In this document: piece after piece, positions 60,177-64,000 of the stretch
Numbering within the stretch: position 1 is the stretch's first letter
Layout: every line of letters begins with the position of its first letter
NCBI GenBank assembly: GCA_963789135.1
Contig: CAWBJJ010000002.1
Coordinates: 87,736 to 151,735, forward strand
Length of the DNA: 64,000 nucleotides
Direction: 5' to 3'
Origin: an uncultured Acidobacteriota bacterium
GTDB taxonomy: Bacteria > Actinomycetota > Acidimicrobiia > Spongiisociales > ZC4RG35
Program-made: the position numbers and the translations under genes
Notes under the pieces: generated by a model
What the model saw: the letters and a program-made list of their open reading frames with translations, nothing else
Database searches by the model: none
Told to the model about the DNA's origin: nothing

Positions 60177-61065
60177 GCGCACCCGCCAACGCCGCACCGA
60201 TGGCTCCTGCCGAAGAGCCAAGTGCCGCGGGAACAACCTCGACCTTGTCCGTTGGGACCAGGGTGACCCGTTCTCGAACCGCGCGCCGGATCGGGTCGAG
60301 AACCAGCTCACCGGCGTCGGCTATCCCGCCTCCGATGATGATCCGATCCGGGCCGAGCAGAGCGACGACGTTGGCAAGCCCGATCCCGAGGTTGGTGGCC
60401 ACCTGTTGGATCGCAGATGCACACCGTTCGTCGCCGGCTTGCGCGGCCGAATAGACCTCTTCGACGGTCGCACGTCCGGCGATCGCGGTGAGGACATCGG
60501 CCCGGGTCAGCGCCTCTACGCACCCCCGGTTGCCGCAGCCACACAGCGGGCCCTCGGGATCGATCGTCTGATGCCCCAGCTCACCCGCGACTCCGAACGC
60601 CCCGGTGTGGAGTCGCCCGCCGATCATGATCCCCCCGCCGACGCCTGTTCCCAGCGTGACGCAAACCACGGTATGGCAGCCGGCCCCGGCGCCGATGGTC
60701 CCCTCTGCGAGGGTGAAGGCGCGGGCATCGTTGATCATCGCTACGGGACGTTCCAATGCGGATTGGACCCGGTCTCGGAGCGGAAAGCCGGGCCAGTTGC
60801 CGGGGAGGTTGGGAAAGAGCTCGATCACACCGGTGTCAGCCGCGAACAGCCCGGGCACCCCGAGCCCGATCGAGTCGATCGGCCCGTGCGCCTCCAGGAT
60901 CTCGCGTGCCGTCGCCGACAGGTTCGTCGCCACCGCCTCCGGGCCGGCCCCGGCACCCGTGTCTCTCTTTCCCTGGGTCACCGGTCGGAACGCTTGGCCG
61001 TCGGCCTCGAGGACGACGTGTTTGATGAATGTGCCGCCGAGATCGAGGCCTAGGTGCCGGGTCAT
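60166..61065 (-). CDS. ROK-family sugar kinase (glucokinase-like)
   Basis: 299 aa. The N-terminus is LGLDLGGT and the ROK zinc motif is GELGH...CGCGNRGCVE. Confidence 0.8.
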   Translation of the reverse strand: MTRHLGLDLGGTFIKHVVLEADGQAFRPVTQGKRDTGAGAGPEAVATNLSATAREILEAHGPIDSIGLGVPGLFAADTGVIELFPNLPGNWPGFPLRDRVQSALERPVAMINDARAFTLAEGTIGAGAGCHTVVCVTLGTGVGGGIMIGGRLHTGAFGVAGELGHQTIDPEGPLCGCGNRGCVEALTRADVLTAIAGRATVEEVYSAAQAGDERCASAIQQVATNLGIGLANVVALLGPDRIIIGGGIADAGELVLDPIRRAVRERVTLVPTDKVEVVPAALGSSAGAIGAALAGALSE

Positions 61066-61811
61066 TGCCCGGTCCCGTCGTCACGCAACAAGACGGCGCG
61101 GAACGTGTACCTGCTGGAGGCGTAGAAGGTCTCAGTGCGCTCCAATGGCAGTCCGTCCTGGTCGGTGATGGTGCGCGACTCGCAGAGGATGATCCCGGAT
61201 GCCCGGAGGTCGAGCAGGTCGCGCTGCCTTTTGCTCGGATGACGCGCCGATACCTCGGACAGGGCCTTGGTCGGAACGCGCCCCAGGCGCTCGAAGGCAG
61301 CGTGGAGCGAGCCATGCTCGAGGTCTCCCTCGAGGCTATCGGCAAGGGAGACGGTCATCACAGCTCTCTCTATGGCCATCGGGATCCCGTCGGCCAGCCG
61401 GAGACGTTCGAGCACTTTTGCCTTCTCACCCTCTTCGAGGCCCAGAGCCTGTCGTTCGACCGTCGTCGGGCTGATTCGAGCGAAACGAAGAGTGCGCGAT
61501 GAGGCAGCCATTCCCCGGCGCCGCATCGACTCGGTGAACGACAGTGGGGACCCGAGCTCGCGGGGGACGGCCTGAGGTCGGACGAACGTGCCCGCGCCCC
61601 TCCGTCGGTCGATCAGGCCATCGGTCGCCACCAACTGCACGGCCTGGCGGGCCGTCATCCGGCTCACCCCGTAGCGGTCGCACAACTCCGCATCGGAAGG
61701 AAGTCGGTCGCCCGGTTTGGACGAAGCGATCAGGGCTCGAAGATCGGCAGCGATCTCCTCGTATCGGGCAGGCTTCTTGCTCACGAGTGGGCGCCGAGTA
61801 AAGCAGCGCAC
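61062..61811 (-). CDS. GntR-family (HutC/UTRA subfamily) transcriptional regulator
   Basis: The wHTH is LPSDAELCDRYGVSRMTARQAVQLL-like, followed by a C-terminal UTRA-like region. GTG start; an alternative GTG at 61784 is possible. It overlaps the kinase gene by 4 nt. Confidence 0.75.
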   Translation of the reverse strand: MRCFTRRPLVSKKPARYEEIAADLRALIASSKPGDRLPSDAELCDRYGVSRMTARQAVQLVATDGLIDRRRGAGTFVRPQAVPRELGSPLSFTESMRRRGMAASSRTLRFARISPTTVERQALGLEEGEKAKVLERLRLADGIPMAIERAVMTVSLADSLEGDLEHGSLHAAFERLGRVPTKALSEVSARHPSKRQRDLLDLRASGIILCESRTITDQDGLPLERTETFYASSRYTFRAVLLRDDGTGQ

Positions 61812-61827
61812 CCACGGCCTTCCTAAG

Positions 61828-61839
61828 ATGTATATACAT
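61828..61839. promoter_or_regulatory. perfect 12-bp AT-rich palindrome ATGTATATACAT, candidate GntR operator in the divergent promoter region
   Basis: It lies in the 39-nt gap between the GntR start (61811, minus strand) and the SIS gene start (61851, plus strand). It contains the GT-N-AC core typical of GntR-family operators. It is strikingly AT-rich for this sequence. Confidence 0.5.
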
Positions 61840-61850
61840 TTGAGAGGCGC

Positions 61851-62681
61851 ATGACCAACAGTTCAAACGACTCGCACCAGATGGGTTGGATCGAGGAGGC
61901 TCGCAAGCTCCTCGATCACATCGAGTCGACTCAGATTCAGGCCATCGACACCGCGGCCGGCTGGTGTGCCCAGGCCATCGGCGGTGGCGGCCTTGTCCAT
62001 CTGTTCGGCTCCGGGCACTCGCGGATTCCCCTCGAGGAAATGTTCCCCAGGTATGGGTCTTTTCCAGGGTTCCATCCAATGGCCGAGCTGTCGATGACGT
62101 TTCACACCGAAGTCGTGGGCACCAATGGCCAGCGTCAGGCGATGTTCATCGAGCAGACCGAGGGCCTGGCCGAAGTGATCCTGTCCAACTTCGAATTTGG
62201 CGACCTGGACGTGATGATCGTGTTCAGTGCCAGCGGGAGGTCGGCGGTACCCATCGAGGTAGCCGTCGGCGCCAGGAACAGAGGGCTCCGGGTGATCGCC
62301 GTGACCTCGGTGCGGGAGTCGATGGCCGCGCCGGCGCATCATTCCTCTGGAACCCGTCTCTTGGACAATGCCGATCTGGTGATCGACATCGGGACCCCAC
62401 CCGGGGACGCCCTTGTGTCTGTGGCCGGCCTGGAGACTCCGGTGGGGCCGGGCTCCACACTGGCCAACACCGCGGTCGTCAACGAGATCAAGGTTCGGGT
62501 GGCGCGCCTTCTCGTCGAGCAAGGAGTGATGCCCCCGGTGCTCACCAGCGCCACCCTCGTGGGGGCGGAGCGCTCGGCGCAACTCTTCGACGCCGCCTAT
62601 GCGGAGCACGGTCGGCGGTTGGCCCGGGTGCTGGGCCGACGTGAAGAAGCCAACGGAGAACCGCCCGCAACGGACGCATAA
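61851..62681 (+). CDS. SIS (sugar isomerase) domain protein
   Basis: 276 aa. VHLFGSGHS and VFSASGRSAVPIE are typical of the SIS-domain UPF0309-like family. Confidence 0.65.
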   Translation: MTNSSNDSHQMGWIEEARKLLDHIESTQIQAIDTAAGWCAQAIGGGGLVHLFGSGHSRIPLEEMFPRYGSFPGFHPMAELSMTFHTEVVGTNGQRQAMFIEQTEGLAEVILSNFEFGDLDVMIVFSASGRSAVPIEVAVGARNRGLRVIAVTSVRESMAAPAHHSSGTRLLDNADLVIDIGTPPGDALVSVAGLETPVGPGSTLANTAVVNEIKVRVARLLVEQGVMPPVLTSATLVGAERSAQLFDAAYAEHGRRLARVLGRREEANGEPPATDA

Positions 62682-62736
62682 GTTGTCGACTTTTGCGCTT
62701 GACACGGTCGAAAGTCTCTGGCATGGTGGAAAAACT

Positions 62737-63924
62737 GTGGGCGAATCGATCCGGGTCACATCGGAATCAGACTCACCGGGGGACCTTCTCACTTTGATTC
62801 GCTCGGGTCGGGCACGCACCAGAGGCGAGTTGGGCGAGGCGACCGGGCTCGCTCGCTCCACCATCGCACAGCGGGTCGACGCGTTGATCAATGCGGGCCT
62901 CGTCGTCGAGGTCGGCGATGCGCCATCGACAGGAGGGCGGCCCCCGTCCCTGCTCGGATTCAACGGAGATTCAGGGCTGGTCCTCGCCGCCGACCTGGGA
63001 GCGACCCACTCCCGCGTGGCCGTTTGCAATCTCCACGCCGAGGTACTCGCAGAATTGGCCGAGGACATCGAGATCGACCTCGGGCCCAGCCACGTCCTCG
63101 AATGGCTCGAGGAGAAGTTCGACAAGCTCCTGTCCGAAGTAGGCCGCACGCCTGGAGAGGTGAGAGGCGTCGGGATCGGCGTGCCGGGCCCGGTGGACTT
63201 CGCCCATGGCATGGCGGTGAACCCCCCGATCATGGCCGGTTGGCACCGGTATCGAGTCGCTGACCATTTCGAGCAGCGTTACGGCGTTCCGGTTCTCGTC
63301 GACAACGACGTCAACATCATGGCGCTCGGGGAGTACTGGTCGATGGCACCCGACATCGACGACTTCATCCTGGTCAAGGTGGGCACTGGAATCGGCTCCG
63401 GGTTGATCATGGGTGGCCACCTGCACCGTGGAGCAAATGGCGCTGCCGGCGACATCGGGCACGTGCGCGCCACATCGGACGACGTCAAGTGCCGCTGTGG
63501 CAACAGTGGGTGTTTGGAAGCGGTGGCCGGCGGTGCGGCTCTCGCATCCCGGTTGCGGGAAATGGGCCACGAAGCAGTTGGCAGCCGCGAGGTGGTCCAA
63601 CTGCTCCAGAGTGGGAACAAGGACGCGACCAGATTGGTGCGCGACGCCGGGCGGCTCATCGGCCAGGTCCTGGCCTCGATGGTCAACCTTCTCAACCCGG
63701 CTCTCATCATGATCGGCGGGGACATGGCCAGGGCAGATCAGCCGCTACTCGCCGGGATCAGGGAAGTGGTCTACCAACGCTCAACGACCCTGAGCACTAC
63801 GGACCTTCGGATCACCGCTTCGAGCCTGGGAGACCGGGCCGGGGTGATCGGGGCCGCGGCCCTCGTCCTCGACCACGTCCTCACTCCGAAGGCGGTGGAC
63901 AGGGCGCTTGCTGAAGCGAAATAG
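62737..63924 (+). CDS. ROK-family transcriptional regulator (NagC/XylR-like)
   Basis: The N-terminal wHTH is RTRGELGEATGLARSTIAQRVDALINAGLV. The ROK body carries GDIGH...CRCGNSGCLE. The GTG at 62737, preceded by GGTGGA, is chosen; the ORF-track start at 62599 overlaps the SIS gene. Confidence 0.8.
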   Translation: MGESIRVTSESDSPGDLLTLIRSGRARTRGELGEATGLARSTIAQRVDALINAGLVVEVGDAPSTGGRPPSLLGFNGDSGLVLAADLGATHSRVAVCNLHAEVLAELAEDIEIDLGPSHVLEWLEEKFDKLLSEVGRTPGEVRGVGIGVPGPVDFAHGMAVNPPIMAGWHRYRVADHFEQRYGVPVLVDNDVNIMALGEYWSMAPDIDDFILVKVGTGIGSGLIMGGHLHRGANGAAGDIGHVRATSDDVKCRCGNSGCLEAVAGGAALASRLREMGHEAVGSREVVQLLQSGNKDATRLVRDAGRLIGQVLASMVNLLNPALIMIGGDMARADQPLLAGIREVVYQRSTTLSTTDLRITASSLGDRAGVIGAAALVLDHVLTPKAVDRALAEAK

Positions 63925-64000
63925 ACAAAGTCTTCTCGCGTCGATACGCGAGATGAACGGGCAATATGCCGCTAGGAGCGGCAGTTGAAAGAAAGAGGAG

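Overview
GC-rich, gene-dense chromosomal segment with actinobacterial-type gene content: an F420/DDN-family reductase, a SARP/AfsR-like regulator, TadE/TadG proteins, an H+-pyrophosphatase and SHOCT proteins. GTG/TTG starts and 4-nt stop/start overlaps are frequent. I call one tRNA-Arg(ACG) and about 60 protein-coding genes or gene remnants. I saw no rRNA, CRISPR array, transposase, integrase or prophage. Recognisable blocks, in order: an arginine deiminase operon (arcC-arcA-small ORF-yfcC-like-arcB); a P-type ATPase; a CYTH plus Ppx/GppA unit; a SHOCT cluster; APC and MFS transporters; an ammonium transporter next to an orphan winged-helix regulator; a membrane pyrophosphatase; a peptidase/deacetylase/aminotransferase cluster; a zf-UBP, REC-thioredoxin-reductase-like and cNMP-binding kinase operon; fabH; a two-component system followed by TadE/TadG-like genes; and a sugar-catabolism cluster with GntR and ROK regulators. 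The most unusual locus is at 47.5-55.4 kb. Five tandem, translationally coupled paralogs encode polytopic membrane 'sensor' modules with no output domain, and a sixth copy lies at 16.9-18.0 kb. They sit directly upstream of one soluble SpoIIE-phosphatase/HATPase fusion and two STAS proteins. The conserved tail of the membrane proteins and the N-terminus of the phosphatase look like two halves of one sensory domain. A second theme is about 30 reading-frame disruptions that cluster strongly in a few genes or zones while long stretches stay intact. From sequence alone these could be real pseudogenes or local assembly errors. All functional calls rest on my reading of the translated ORFs (motifs, family resemblance). 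No database search was run.
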